DNA of 63,954 nucleotides, filler included, from Caldilineae bacterium (lineage in GTDB: Bacteria; Chloroflexota; Anaerolineae; DTLA01): assembly GCA_037446815.1 (NCBI GenBank). It is 10 parts of 10 records of this genome, joined end to end, with 100 filler letters (N's around TTAATTAATTAA, not from the genome) between each part and the next. Parts side by side here need not be neighbours in the genome. Positions count along the whole stretch, not along the records: positions 13,844 to 20,510 come from JBBIHX010000161.1; positions 20,611 to 27,252 come from JBBIHX010000162.1; positions 27,353 to 33,921 come from JBBIHX010000163.1; 7 more parts are not named here. The stretch is one strand, 5' to 3'. The notes under the pieces are model-generated. The model had not been told where the DNA came from. It worked only from the letters and a program-made list of their open reading frames with translations, and did no database searches. Below, in pieces: positions 17,669 to 27,591 of this stretch; within the stretch, counting starts at the first letter, position 1; each line of letters opens with the position of its first letter. Both the position numbers and the translations under genes were made by a program.

Positions 17669-18844
17669 TCAGCCCGTTACCACGAACGGCACGTGCGGCG
17701 AGATGATGAACGGCCGCAGCAGCGTGAAGAACGCCAGCGCCGCGCTCCCCGCGAGCAGGAGCAACGTCCATCGGTCGCGGCGGACGCCATAAGCCAACAC
17801 GAGCAGCGGGAACATCCCCGCGAACACCCGTCCGGCCGAGGCATACGCTTCCCAAATATCGTAACTGGCGCACACGGCAAACAGCGCATGGATGAGGACT
17901 CCGCCCGCATAGGCGTCGTAGCCGCGGCGCAATCGCCACGCCGATACAACCAGCGCGCCGAGCACCAGCGCCATCACCGCGACCACGCTCCCCTGCCGCG
18001 CCATCGCCGCAAGCCCCTGCCCGACGCTCGCCGCAGCGCCCCGCAGCGCCCGCGCCATGCCTACCCCCGGCGCCACAACCTGCCCCGCCGAGACGCCCAT
18101 CCCGCCCGCGCCCAGCCAAACCTGCAACGCGCCTTGCCAGGCCAGAAATGCCGCCGCGGGCAGGCACAAAATCGCGACGGCGCGCCACCGCCTGCCCAGC
18201 GCCTCGGCCACGACCAGCGGGAGGAGAAACAGCACGGCGCTCTCGCGCGTGAGCAGGGCCGCCGTCAGCAGCGCCGCAGCCGCTCCCACGCGCCGCCGCT
18301 CCCAGCATAGGTACGCGCCTGCGGTCAACGCCATCACCATCGGCAGCGCCAAATCCATCTGCACCGCCAGAATCTGGCCCGAGTTCAGCGCAAAAAGCAG
18401 GCTCCACCATGGGCTGAGGCCATGGCGACGCAACAGGCGGATGAACACGGCCGTCCCCGCCGCCACAGCCAGCAGGTTCACCGCGACGAGTGCATAGGGA
18501 ATCGCGGCCTCTCGCCCCAGCGACAACAGCGCCGCCGCCATGGGGTACCCGATGCGCTGGACGCGGACAGGCGGCACGGCAGGCCGTTCCCCGCGCACCA
18601 AATCCCGCGCGATGTGATAGAAATGCTGCCCGTCGTAGCCGATGCCCTCAAAGACGATGAGGCCATCGGGCAGCAAGGCAGCATCATTCAGCGGGTTCGT
18701 CGCGCCCAGGCCGATAAGCGCCGACGGATTGAAACCGTATGGGGCCAGGATGAGCGCCAAGAAGGCCAGATACACGCCAAGGGCCACCAGCACCGGAGCC
18801 CATGCTCTGCACGCCCTCGCGCTCGTTCCCTGTTCCATGAGCAT
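17669..18844 (-). CDS. GT-C-like membrane protein (AZOBR_p60025-like glycopolymer formation protein)
   Basis: GYDGQHFYHIARD, RVQRIGYP, LTRES; many TMs. Confidence 0.7.
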   Translation of the reverse strand: MLMEQGTSARACRAWAPVLVALGVYLAFLALILAPYGFNPSALIGLGATNPLNDAALLPDGLIVFEGIGYDGQHFYHIARDLVRGERPAVPPVRVQRIGYPMAAALLSLGREAAIPYALVAVNLLAVAAGTAVFIRLLRRHGLSPWWSLLFALNSGQILAVQMDLALPMVMALTAGAYLCWERRRVGAAAALLTAALLTRESAVLFLLPLVVAEALGRRWRAVAILCLPAAAFLAWQGALQVWLGAGGMGVSAGQVVAPGVGMARALRGAAASVGQGLAAMARQGSVVAVMALVLGALVVSAWRLRRGYDAYAGGVLIHALFAVCASYDIWEAYASAGRVFAGMFPLLVLAYGVRRDRWTLLLLAGSAALAFFTLLRPFIISPHVPFVVTG

Positions 18845-18859
18845 CTCCTGGCCGAACGC

Positions 18860-20071
18860 CTACGCCATGTGCAGCACCGCTTCCACCTGATCCAGCGCCC
18901 AGTCCAGGTCGGCCTCGGAAATCACCAGCGGCGGGGCCAGGCGGATGACGTGCTCGTGGGTCTCCTTGGCCAGCACGCCGCGCTCCTTCAGCGCCTCGCA
19001 GAAGCGGCGCGCCCCTCCGGCCTCGCGCTTGAGGACGACGCCCACCAGCAGCCCCTTGCCGCGCACCTGTTCTACATGCCGGCTTTGGATGCGGCGCAGG
19101 CGGGCCATCATGCGCTCGCCCAGGGCTTCCGCGCGCTCGGGTAGGCGCTCGTCCACCAGCACCCGCAGCGCCTCCCGCGCCACGGCGCACGCCAGTGGGT
19201 TGCCACCGAAGGTGGAGCCGTGGTCGCCCGGCCGGAACACGCCCAGCACCTCGCGCGACCCCAGCACCGCCGACACCGGATACAGCCCGCCCGACAGCGC
19301 CTTGCCGATGGTAACCATGTCCGGGCGGACGCCCTCGTGGTCGCAAGCCATCATCTTGCCGGTGCGCCCCATGCCGGTCTGAATCTCGTCGGCGATCATC
19401 AGCACGCCGCGGCGGGTGCAGATTTCCCGCACGGCGCGCAGGTAGCCCGCGGGCGGCACCACAACGCCCGCCTCGCCCTGAATCGGCTCAAACAGGAAGG
19501 CTGCCGTGCGTGGCGTGATGGCCCGCTCCAGTTCGTCGGCGTCGCCAAACGCGATGAGTTTGAACCCCGGCGTGTATGGGCCAAACCCGTCGCGATACTG
19601 CTCCTCGCTGGAGAAACTGATGACGGTGGTGGTGCGCCCGTGGAAGTTCCCCGCGCATGCGATGATCTCGGCCTGCTCGTCGGGGATACCCTTGACCGTG
19701 TACGCCCACTTGCGCGCCGCCTTGATGGCAGTCTCCACCGCCTCCACGCCCGTGTTCATGGGCAACATCATCTCGTACCCGAGAAGTTCGCATAGTTCCT
19801 TGGCCAGCAGCGGGAGTTGGTCGTTGCGGAAGGCGCGGGAGGTCAGGGTTACCCGCTGCGCCTGCTCCACCAGCGCCTGCACGATGCGCGGATGGCAGTG
19901 GCCCTGATTGACAGCGGAGTAGGCCGAGAGGAAGTCCAGGTACTTGCGCCCCTCCACGTCCCACACCCACGCGCCGCGTGCCCGCGTGATGACGACATCC
20001 AGCGGCTTGTAGTTGCGGGCATTGTATTGCTCTTCCAGGGCGATGTAGTCCTCGGTTCGCATGGTCGGCAT
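18860..20071 (-). CDS. rocD: Ornithine--oxo-acid transaminase
   Basis: LSAYSAVNQGHCHP, NFHGRT, EPIQGEAG, DEIQTG, GKALSGG, HGSTFGGNPL. Confidence 0.95.
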   Translation of the reverse strand: MPTMRTEDYIALEEQYNARNYKPLDVVITRARGAWVWDVEGRKYLDFLSAYSAVNQGHCHPRIVQALVEQAQRVTLTSRAFRNDQLPLLAKELCELLGYEMMLPMNTGVEAVETAIKAARKWAYTVKGIPDEQAEIIACAGNFHGRTTTVISFSSEEQYRDGFGPYTPGFKLIAFGDADELERAITPRTAAFLFEPIQGEAGVVVPPAGYLRAVREICTRRGVLMIADEIQTGMGRTGKMMACDHEGVRPDMVTIGKALSGGLYPVSAVLGSREVLGVFRPGDHGSTFGGNPLACAVAREALRVLVDERLPERAEALGERMMARLRRIQSRHVEQVRGKGLLVGVVLKREAGGARRFCEALKERGVLAKETHEHVIRLAPPLVISEADLDWALDQVEAVLHMA

Positions 20072-20195
20072 ATGTTCACTCCTTTGTGAGCATTGGACGC
20101 GGCGCTCGGCCGCAGGGATGGGATGATACCACAGGGCATGCGGGCAGGCAAAAGCGCGCACCGCCGCAATCTGACCCCCAAGCCCGCTCACAGCA

Positions 20196-20510
20196 ACGTC
20201 ATTCAGAGGCGCGGAGCGCCGAAGAATCTCGCTGACCGAGATGCTTCGCCTTCGGCTCAGCATGACACAATAAGGCCGTCATTCTGATCGGCGGAGGGCG
20301 AAGAATCTCGCACCGCATCCGCGCTATCCGTGCTATCCGTGCTATCCGTGGATGCCGTTTCCCATTCGCGTGGATTCGTGTTATTCGCGGTTACGAAGAC
20401 CGTCATTCCGAGCGGCAAAGCCGCGAGGAATCCCGCAACCCGAGACCCTTCGCTTCGCTCAGGGTGACAGGACCGGGCCCTGCTCCCTCGCCCGCCGGGA
20501 GAGGGCTGGG
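20196..20510. repeat. Mosaic palindromic repeat cluster
   Basis: Three GTCATTC-type palindromes, (ATCCGTGCT)n 9-bp repeats and their inverse ATTCGCGTGGATTCGTGTTATTCGCG, BoxC-like unit. Confidence 0.85.
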
Positions 20511-20610
20511 NNNNNNNNNNNNNNNNNNNNNNNNNNNNNNNNNNNNNNNNNNNNTTAATTAATTAANNNNNNNNNNNNNNNNNNNNNNNNNNNNNNNNNN
20601 NNNNNNNNNN

Positions 20611-20880
20611 CGCCTCACCCTAGCCCTCTCCCGCGGGGCGATGGCCCTCACCCTAGCCCTCTCCCACAGGGAGAGGGAACGATGGCCCTCACCCTAGCCC
20701 TCTCCCGCGGGGAGAGGGAACGATGGCCCTCACCCCTGGAACGCACCCGCGGGAGGAATGACGATGCGCGTAGATTTCGTGTTATGCGTGGGTATAGGTC
20801 TGGAGATGGCTTCGCGTGGCTCGCAATGACGCACGAGGAGCGTGCGCATGCAATTCGCCAGCACAGGATGAAACCGAGGC
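20611..20880. repeat. BoxC-like tandem units plus a degenerate MITE end
   Basis: CCCTCACCCTAGCCCTCTCCC three to four times; CTCGCAATGAC..CCAGCACAGGATGAAACCGAG. Confidence 0.75.
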
Positions 20881-20884
20881 GGCG

Positions 20885-21454
20885 CTACACGAGGCCCGGT
20901 AGCAGGTGGACGGTCATTCGCCGTTGCTCCAGGTCAATGTTCAGCACGACATCGGCGATGGCGGGGAGCCAGACCTCGCCCTGCGCCGTGTCCACGACGT
21001 AGACATCATTTGCGGGAAGGGACAGGACTTCCGTGACGGTGCCGAGCCTCTCGCCCTCGTCTGTCCACACGTGCAGGCCGACAATCTGATGGACGTAGAA
21101 CGTGTCTTCGGGCAGGGGCATGGCGTGTTCCGCCGGCACCGAGACCTCGGCGCCGCGGAAGGATTCCACGGCGTCGCGGTCGTCCAGGCCGACCAGTTTG
21201 ATGAGGACATCGCCTTCGTGGAACCGCGCCTGCTGGATGGTGTAGGGGCGCGGCTCGGGGCCAATCCAGACTTCAGCGCCCTGGCGGAACCGCTCGGGGA
21301 AATCGGTGAGGATTTGCACGCGCACCTCCCCGCGAACGCCGTGGGGCGCGCGCACCTGGCCCACAATCAAAAAGCGAGGCTCAGCCGGCAGATGGGACTC
21401 GGCTGAGCCATTCTCGTCGCGGGGAGATGGACCGCGTGTCCGACTCGGCATCAA
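20885..21454 (-). CDS. rimM: 16S rRNA processing protein RimM
   Basis: VGQVRAPHGVRGEV..TDFPERF, ANDVYVV; follows rpsP-khpA. Confidence 0.93.
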   Translation of the reverse strand: MMPSRTRGPSPRDENGSAESHLPAEPRFLIVGQVRAPHGVRGEVRVQILTDFPERFRQGAEVWIGPEPRPYTIQQARFHEGDVLIKLVGLDDRDAVESFRGAEVSVPAEHAMPLPEDTFYVHQIVGLHVWTDEGERLGTVTEVLSLPANDVYVVDTAQGEVWLPAIADVVLNIDLEQRRMTVHLLPGLV

Positions 21455-21678
21455 TCAATCTCCAGGACGTAGGGCTTGCCGCGCTGGGCAGCGCCTACAC
21501 GGAGCAGCGCGCGCATGGCGTTGGCGACGCGCCCTTCCTTGCCGATGACACGCCCCATGTCTCGGGATGCCACGCGCAGGTGAATGATGATGCGCGAGGA
21601 GGTTACGCGCTCATCCACGCGTACCGCCGACGGGTCGTCCACCAGGGACTTGCTGATGTACTCAATGAGTTCTTTCAC
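21451..21678 (-). CDS. khpA: KH domain RNA-binding protein
   Basis: MKELIEYISKSLVDDP..DMGRVIGKEGRVANAMR. Confidence 0.93.
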   Translation of the reverse strand: MKELIEYISKSLVDDPSAVRVDERVTSSRIIIHLRVASRDMGRVIGKEGRVANAMRALLRVGAAQRGKPYVLEID

Positions 21679-21728
21679 AGGTTTGCCTCTCCGCGCCGCG
21701 GCGATGGCCGACGGCGAGCGGGCGCCCG

Positions 21729-22016
21729 CTAGGCCGAGGGCTGTTCAGTGCTGCCCCGCTTGGCGGCGGCCCACTTGTCCATGATGCCGGTCTTGGTGAG
21801 CATGCGCAACACCGCATCGGTAGGCTGCGCGCCCTGGGAAAGCCAATGCAGCGCGCGCTCCTCATTGACCTCCACGGTTTCCGGCTCGGTCCGCGGGTTG
21901 TAGAAGCCGATGATTTCAAGGAACGCGCCATCACGGGGCGCTTCGCGCTCGGTTACCACGATGCGGTAACTGGGCTGTTTCTTGGCACCAACTCGTCGCA
22001 AACGAATACGCAACAT
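21729..22016 (-). CDS. rpsP: 30S ribosomal protein S16
   Basis: MLRIRLRRVGAKKQPSYRIVV..RDG..IGFYNP..WLSQGAQPT. Confidence 0.97.
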   Translation of the reverse strand: MLRIRLRRVGAKKQPSYRIVVTEREAPRDGAFLEIIGFYNPRTEPETVEVNEERALHWLSQGAQPTDAVLRMLTKTGIMDKWAAAKRGSTEQPSA

Positions 22017-22050
22017 ATCCTTCAACCTACTCCTGAGAAGTTAGCAATAT

Positions 22051-22079
22051 ACTATACCACAATGTTGGCGAAATGCCAA
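22051..22079 (-). promoter_or_regulatory. rpsP promoter
   Basis: TTGGCA-17 bp-TATAGT, with TG upstream of the -10. Confidence 0.7.
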
Positions 22080-22096
22080 AATCGCGAGGGGCAGGT

Positions 22097-22270
22097 GATT
22101 CGGTTCCAAAGTCTGTTGGCATCTACCGTCATTCTGAGCGGCGAAGCCGCGAAGAATCTCGCCCCTCACCCCAGCCCTCTCCCAAAGGGCGAGGGCGTAT
22201 CGCCTTCGGCTCAGCATGACAGGGTCGGGAGGCGACGCGCGGGGCAGACCAACACAACATGGAACGAGTC
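22097..22270. mobile_element. 174-bp MITE (type B cargo with a nested BoxC-like unit)
   Basis: TIR pair present; TSD GGGCAGGT (22089-22096) / GGGCCGGT (22271-22278), 7/8. Confidence 0.85.
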
Positions 22271-22403
22271 GGGCCGGTCGTGGGGCAGGTATCAGACGTG
22301 CCCCGCTCTGCTTCGCGGTTTCCGTACCCAGGCCCTTTCGCGCGGGGCGGGGGAGCGACGCCCTCACCCCAGCCCTCTCCCAAAGGGCGAGGGAGCGATG
22401 CCC

Positions 22404-23726
22404 TCATCGGAACAGGTTGAACATCCCGCCCTTCTTGCCGCTTGCGAGGCTCTTCATCATGCGCTGCATCTGCCGAAACTGCGACAGGAGTTGATTCACG
22501 TCCTGGACGGTGGTGCCGCTGCCGCGGGCGATTCGGCGTTTGCGGCTGGCGTTGAGGATTTCGGGCCGGCGTCGCTCCTCCGGCGTCATGGAGTTGATGA
22601 TGGCCTCCACCTGCTTGACCTGCTTTTCGGTCAGGTCGGCGGGGATGTCGCGGCCGGCCTGGGCGAAGCCGGGAATCATCTCCAGCAACTGGCTCAGCGG
22701 CCCCATCTTGCGGACTTCGCGCAACTGCTTGCGGAAGTCCTCCAGGTCAAAGGTGGCCGAGCGCAGTTTGCGGGCCATGTCCATCGCCGACTCTTTGTCC
22801 AGCGATGCCTCGGCCTTTTCTATGAGGGTGAGCACGTCGCCCATGCCCAGGATGCGCGACGCCAAGCGGTCGGGGTGGAAGACCTCCAGCGCGTCCAGTT
22901 TCTCGCCCACGGCGAGGAATTTGATGGGCACGCCGGTAACCTCGCGCATGGAGATGGCCGCGCCACCGCGCGCGTCGCCGTCCACCTTGGTCAGGATGAG
23001 ACCGGTGAGGCCGACCTGCTGGTTGAACTCGGTGGCCACGCGCACGGCATCCTGGCCGGTCATGGCGTCGGCCACCAGGAGCACCTCGCTGGGCTTGACC
23101 GTCGCCTTGATGACCTTCAACTCGTTCATCATCTGGTCGTCAATGTGGAGGCGGCCCGCCGTGTCCAGGATGACGACGGTGTAGGCGCTCTTGCGGGCGC
23201 GGTCAAGGGCATTGGCGCAGATTTTTGGGGGCGGCACGCTGGTTCCCTCGGCGTGCACGGGGATGTCCAGTTGCTTGCCGAGAACCTCCAACTGCGTTAC
23301 GGCGGCGGGGCGGTAGGTGTCGGCGGCGACGAGCAGGGGGCGCTGTCCGGCCTTGCGCAGGTTCAGGGCCAGTTTGGCGGCGGTTGTGGTCTTGCCGGAG
23401 CCTTGGAGGCCAACCAGCATGATAACGTTGGGCGGCGGCCCCGACAAGTCCAACTTGGACGGCTCGCCCAGCGTGGCGATGAGTTCCTGGTGCACGATTT
23501 TGATGACCTGCTGCGCGGGGGTGAGGCTTCGGGCCACCTCGGCGCCCATCGCGCGCTCCTTCACGCGGGCAAGGAACGCCTTCACGACGGTGTAGTTGAC
23601 ATCGGCCTCAAGCAGGGCAAGCCGAACCTCGCGGAGCGCGGCGTCTATGTCCTGCTCGGACAGTTTGCCGCGGCCCGACAGTCGGTCAAAGATGCCTTGT
23701 AGCCTGGCGGTTAGGGTGTCAAACAC
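22404..23726 (-). CDS. ffh: Signal recognition particle protein
   Basis: ALLEADV, GLQGSGKTT, DTAGR, TKVDGDARGG, M domain INSMT. Confidence 0.98.
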   Translation of the reverse strand: MFDTLTARLQGIFDRLSGRGKLSEQDIDAALREVRLALLEADVNYTVVKAFLARVKERAMGAEVARSLTPAQQVIKIVHQELIATLGEPSKLDLSGPPPNVIMLVGLQGSGKTTTAAKLALNLRKAGQRPLLVAADTYRPAAVTQLEVLGKQLDIPVHAEGTSVPPPKICANALDRARKSAYTVVILDTAGRLHIDDQMMNELKVIKATVKPSEVLLVADAMTGQDAVRVATEFNQQVGLTGLILTKVDGDARGGAAISMREVTGVPIKFLAVGEKLDALEVFHPDRLASRILGMGDVLTLIEKAEASLDKESAMDMARKLRSATFDLEDFRKQLREVRKMGPLSQLLEMIPGFAQAGRDIPADLTEKQVKQVEAIINSMTPEERRRPEILNASRKRRIARGSGTTVQDVNQLLSQFRQMQRMMKSLASGKKGGMFNLFR

Positions 23727-23797
23727 ATGTGCCCCTTTCGCGTGATTGGAGACGCATTCTAGCCTCGGAACCGTTCGGCGTCAAATCGGCCCGCGCC

Positions 23798-24385
23798 CTA
23801 GTCCTGCTTCTCCTCGGTCTTGCGCCAGACGAAGTACATGCGCTGGAAGGCGGTTACGTTTGTCAGGATGGCCAGCACCCACAGCGCAAGCGGCACCACG
23901 TCCAGCAAGAGGGCGATCACCAGGATGGCGATGCGCTCAAAGCGCGTGAGCATACCTTCCTTGCACTCCACGCCGATGCCCTCGGCCCGCGCCCGCGCAT
24001 AACTGACCATGATGGAACCGATGATGGCCGCGTAAATCAGGATGGTGTGCAATGTGGTGCCGTAACGGGTGTAGTACAGGAGGAGGCCGAAGTACATCAG
24101 GGCCTCGGAGAAACGGTCCAGGTTGGAGTCCAGGAAGGCGCCGAAGCGGCTCACGCGGTTGGCGGCCCTGGCGACCGCGCCGTCCAGCGCGTCAAACAGG
24201 CCCGCGAAAATGATGAGCAGCGCGCCCCAGAAGAACCAGCCCTGAGCGAGGATGTAGGCGATGCCCACGTGCATGGCGAAGCCCGTCAGCGTCAGCGCGT
24301 TGGGCGAGATGCCCGTCCGCGCGATGGCCTGGGCCACCGGATTCACAATTCCATACGTCCATTTTCTCAAGCGTTCACCGATCAT
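23798..24385 (-). CDS. CDP-alcohol phosphatidyltransferase, phosphatidylinositol-phosphate-synthase-like
   Basis: SPNALT, DALDGAVAR..GAFLDSNLDR, SYARARAEG, RFER. Confidence 0.88.
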   Translation of the reverse strand: MIGERLRKWTYGIVNPVAQAIARTGISPNALTLTGFAMHVGIAYILAQGWFFWGALLIIFAGLFDALDGAVARAANRVSRFGAFLDSNLDRFSEALMYFGLLLYYTRYGTTLHTILIYAAIIGSIMVSYARARAEGIGVECKEGMLTRFERIAILVIALLLDVVPLALWVLAILTNVTAFQRMYFVWRKTEEKQD

Positions 24386-24394
24386 AAGTCCCGT

Positions 24395-25540
24395 CTAGCC
24401 TCCCCCTTTGCGCCGTTTATAGAGCAGTTCGTCGTAGAACTCCAAGACCTTGTCCGTAACCGTGTCCCAACTGAACTCGCGGGCGCGTCGCAACCCTGCC
24501 TCTCCCATCGCGCGGGCCATGTCCGGATTGCGCAGGACGCGCTCCAGGGCGGCGGCGAGCGCCTCTTCGTCCTCAGGTGGCACCAATAGACCCTGCACGC
24601 CGTTCTGCAAGACCGAGCGGTAGCCTGGGATGTCGGTGGCGACGACGGGCCTCCCCGACGCCATGGCCTCCAGCAGGACGATGCCGAAACTCTCCGAGCC
24701 GGTAGACGGCGCACAGTACACGGTGCAGGTTCGGTAGTAGCGTGGCAGCGCCCCCGACGGCACGTAGCCGACGAAGCGCACGTCGCGGATGCCGCGCTCG
24801 CGCACGTAGCGGACGTAGGGGTCCCTGTCCTCCTTGCTGAACGCGCCGGCCACGATGAGCCGGGCTTCGGGCATGCGGGGCTTGAGGATTTCAAACGCCC
24901 GCAGGAGATGGCGGAACCCCTTGCGCTTCTCCAGGCGGCCCAGGAACAGGATGTTCGGGCGGCCGTCGTTGAACCGCTCAATCGGCTCCACCTTCGGGTC
25001 GGAGAAGGCGTCCACGTCAATGCCGTTTGGGATGACGCGGTACTCGCCCGGAAAGTACGAGGCGACGTAGTCGCGGGCGGCCTCGGAGACGGCGATGCGC
25101 CCGTCCAGGCGCTCCATCAGCCGCTCCAGGATCACCTTCCACGCGGAGTAAGTGATGCTGGTCTCCCGATAAGCGTGGAATGTCCCCACGTTCACCGCGT
25201 TGGAGTGGTAGAGCATGGCCCAGGGCAGGGTGGGCGTCAGCGGCTCCTGAAGGTGGACGACGTCAAACCGATGCTCGTCCAGAATATCCTTGGCGCGATT
25301 GTACACCCTGGGCGACAGGGAGATGCGCGCCTGCGAGCCGGCGAACGGGAACGAGACGATGTGCTTCGTCGCGGCGATGACGTGCTCGGGGAGTTCCGCA
25401 TCCTCCGGGCATGGGGCGATGATATGCACCTCGTGCCCCTTCTTGCGCAGCGTGGCGCTGAGGTGGCGGATGTGCTCGGTAACGCCGCCCGGGTAAGGGT
25501 ATTCGTATGGCGCGACCATGGCTATCGTTAGTCGTTCCAT
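24395..25540 (-). CDS. GT4 glycosyltransferase, PimA-like
   Basis: PYEYPYPGGVTEH, HLQEP, GTFH, IPNG, RLEKRKG, ESFGIVLLEAMA. Confidence 0.85.
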   Translation of the reverse strand: MERLTIAMVAPYEYPYPGGVTEHIRHLSATLRKKGHEVHIIAPCPEDAELPEHVIAATKHIVSFPFAGSQARISLSPRVYNRAKDILDEHRFDVVHLQEPLTPTLPWAMLYHSNAVNVGTFHAYRETSITYSAWKVILERLMERLDGRIAVSEAARDYVASYFPGEYRVIPNGIDVDAFSDPKVEPIERFNDGRPNILFLGRLEKRKGFRHLLRAFEILKPRMPEARLIVAGAFSKEDRDPYVRYVRERGIRDVRFVGYVPSGALPRYYRTCTVYCAPSTGSESFGIVLLEAMASGRPVVATDIPGYRSVLQNGVQGLLVPPEDEEALAAALERVLRNPDMARAMGEAGLRRAREFSWDTVTDKVLEFYDELLYKRRKGGG

Positions 25541-26391
25541 ATCTTCCTAAACACCACCCACTGGGAAGGGTCTCGCTGCATCTCGCGTTCCGCCAGCGAT
25601 AGGACCTGGCGCATGGTCTGCTCTACCGTCGCGTCGTCGGGCTGTTTCACCGTGGGGAAGAGCATGGGCGGATAAGCCTGCAAGCGGTACCGTGCGCCGG
25701 GGAGCCGCCGATTTAGGATGAGCAGCACCGGGGCGCCGGTCCGCAGCGCCAGCAGCGCGAAGCCATCGGGAAGGGGCGCGGGCCTGCCGAAGAACTCCAC
25801 CGTGCGGCCGCTGTTGGTCGCGTCGCGATCCAGCGCCAGGCCCACCCCTTCGCCACGCCGCAGCGCCCGCAGGATTTCCGTCAGCGGGCCGTCCACCGGC
25901 AGTAGGTGGAGCCCCTTGGCGGTCCGTAGGCGGCACAGATACTGAAACAGGGCTTCGGGCTGCACGTGCTCGGCCGGGGCCCAGCACGGCTTGCCCACAA
26001 GCGGCACGATTTGGAGCGCCAATTCCGGGTTGCCGTAGTGGGCCGAGACGATGATGACGCCGCGGCCCATGGCAAATGCCTGCTCCACGTTCTCCCAGCC
26101 CTCGGTCTCCACCCGCTGGCGCACCTGTTCCAGCGGCCGCTTTGCCATCCAGAACAGGTCAAAGTAGTTCTTGAAACTGCACCGATACGCGTTGCGGGCC
26201 AACCGATTGAGTTCCTTGTCGCTCGGGTCGGTGCCGAGTACCTGGCGGATGTTGGCCTTGACAATGGCGCGCTCGCGGGGCCGCAGGAACGCCACGATGT
26301 CGGCGGCGCGGTCCAGCAGCCAGTGCCCAAGCCGCACCGGCACAAGGGGCACGAGAGCCCCCGCTACCCGATACAAGTAGTACATCCACAT
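25528..26391 (-). CDS. Lipid acyltransferase (PatA/HtrB family)
   Basis: SAHYGNPE, LALDRD, VEFFGRPA, PSQW. Confidence 0.85.
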   Translation of the reverse strand: MWMYYLYRVAGALVPLVPVRLGHWLLDRAADIVAFLRPRERAIVKANIRQVLGTDPSDKELNRLARNAYRCSFKNYFDLFWMAKRPLEQVRQRVETEGWENVEQAFAMGRGVIIVSAHYGNPELALQIVPLVGKPCWAPAEHVQPEALFQYLCRLRTAKGLHLLPVDGPLTEILRALRRGEGVGLALDRDATNSGRTVEFFGRPAPLPDGFALLALRTGAPVLLILNRRLPGARYRLQAYPPMLFPTVKQPDDATVEQTMRQVLSLAEREMQRDPSQWVVFRKIWND

Positions 26392-26408
26392 GGTCTGCCC
26401 CCGGAGTC

Positions 26409-26723
26409 CTAACCCGCAGCCTGGTCGGGCGGGTCGTTGTTGGGCGAAAGGATATGCGAGACGTGCGCGATGTGCAAGCGAAGGGCATCGGGGCTGAGGG
26501 AGCAGTACACCTCGCGCCCGACCTTGCGGACCCGTACCAGGCCGGCTTTGGTGAGCAGGCGCAGGTGCCACGAGACCAGGGGCTGGCTCACCCGCAGCGT
26601 CTTCGCCAGGCCCGACACGTTAATTTCGCCGCCGTCGGCGAGCAGCGTGAGGATCCGCAGCCGCAACCCGTCGGCCAGGGCCCGGAAGTATTCGGCTAGG
26701 GCATGGTAATCCGATTGGAGCAT
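26409..26723 (-). CDS. ArsR/SmtB family regulator
   Basis: FRALADGLRLRIL..SQPLVSWHLRLL..GLV..GREVY. Confidence 0.9.
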   Translation of the reverse strand: MLQSDYHALAEYFRALADGLRLRILTLLADGGEINVSGLAKTLRVSQPLVSWHLRLLTKAGLVRVRKVGREVYCSLSPDALRLHIAHVSHILSPNNDPPDQAAG

Positions 26724-26738
26724 GACGTACCTGCAGGG

Positions 26739-26789
26739 AAACGCATAAAGAAGCGTTTATAGATTACACCGATTCGTGGGATTTGTCAA
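26739..26789 (-). promoter_or_regulatory. Promoter with a possible ArsR operator
   Basis: TTGACA-17 bp-TAATCT; palindromes AAACGC..GCGTTT and ATAAA..TTTAT at 26739-26760. Confidence 0.6.
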
Positions 26790-26799
26790 AGTGGGGGTG

Positions 26800-26949
26800 G
26801 ACTCGGGCTCATCTTGTGTTGGTGAACCGTAGGCGCTCTCTCCTCGTGTGTCGTTGCGAGCGAAGCGAAGCAACCTCGCGCCCCAGGGATTGCTTCGGGC
26901 GCTCCGCGCCCTCGCAATGACAGATACCAACAGACTTTGGAACCGAATC
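26800..26949. mobile_element. 150-bp MITE (type A), followed 2 bp later by a second partial copy (26952 to about 27033, type B)
   Basis: GACTCGGGCTCATCTTGTGTTGG..CCAACAGACTTTGGAACCGAATC, then GACTCGGGCTCATCTGGTGTCGG..GTCATGCTGAG. Confidence 0.82.
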
Positions 26950-27039
26950 TGGACTCGGGCTCATCTGGTGTCGGTCTGTCTCGCGCGGCCTCTCCCTCGC
27001 TTGTCATGCTGAGCCGAAGGCGAAGCATCTCGGTGGATT

Positions 27040-27230
27040 GTAACCGCGAATAGCGCGAATCTACGCGAATAAGGTCTGGTGGTTGATCTCACCTCTGGAG
27101 GCCGAAGGCCGGGGTGAGGTGTGGCCGCGGGCGCGAGACTCTTCGGCGCTTCGCGTCGCAGCGCGAGCGGGCGCGAACCCGGGCGAATAGGGAACGTGCG
27201 ACGCACCTCCGAGGTGCGTCGCACGTTGGC
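27040..27230. repeat. 9-bp-period repeat, BoxC variant and 35-bp perfect palindrome
   Basis: ACCGCGAATAGCGCGAATCTACGCGAAT; palindrome at 27193-27227. Confidence 0.8.
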
Positions 27231-27352
27231 TCCAAAGAGGCCCACGGCGGCGNNNNNNNNNNNNNNNNNNNNNNNNNNNNNNNNNNNNNNNNNNNNTTAA
27301 TTAATTAANNNNNNNNNNNNNNNNNNNNNNNNNNNNNNNNNNNNNNNNNNNN

Positions 27353-27528
27353 GAGCGAAGGGTCTCGGTTTGCGAGATTCTTCGCGGCTGCGCCGCTCAG
27401 AATGACGGTTGTGGGGGGACCGCGCGGGGCCCGGCCTGTCACCCTGAGCGGAGCGAAGGGTCTCGGTTTGCGAGATTCTTCGCGGCTGCGCCGCTCAGAA
27501 TGACGGTTGTGGGGGGACCGCGCGGGGC
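27353..27528. repeat. Tandem duplication (period about 98 bp) of a type B palindromic unit
   Basis: GAGCGAAGGGTCTCGGTTTGCGAGATTCTTCGCGGCTGCGCCGCTCAGAATGACGG twice. Confidence 0.85.
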
Positions 27529-27591
27529 TAAAGCATGGCAGTTGACGACGCTGACCCGCCTGTAGTACACTACCGCCATCGGAGGGATGCC

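Noticed and set aside
20611..20884. Absence of trmD/rplS after rimM
   Set aside because: The contig ends in repeats about 270 bp later and this gene order varies between lineages, so it is uninformative
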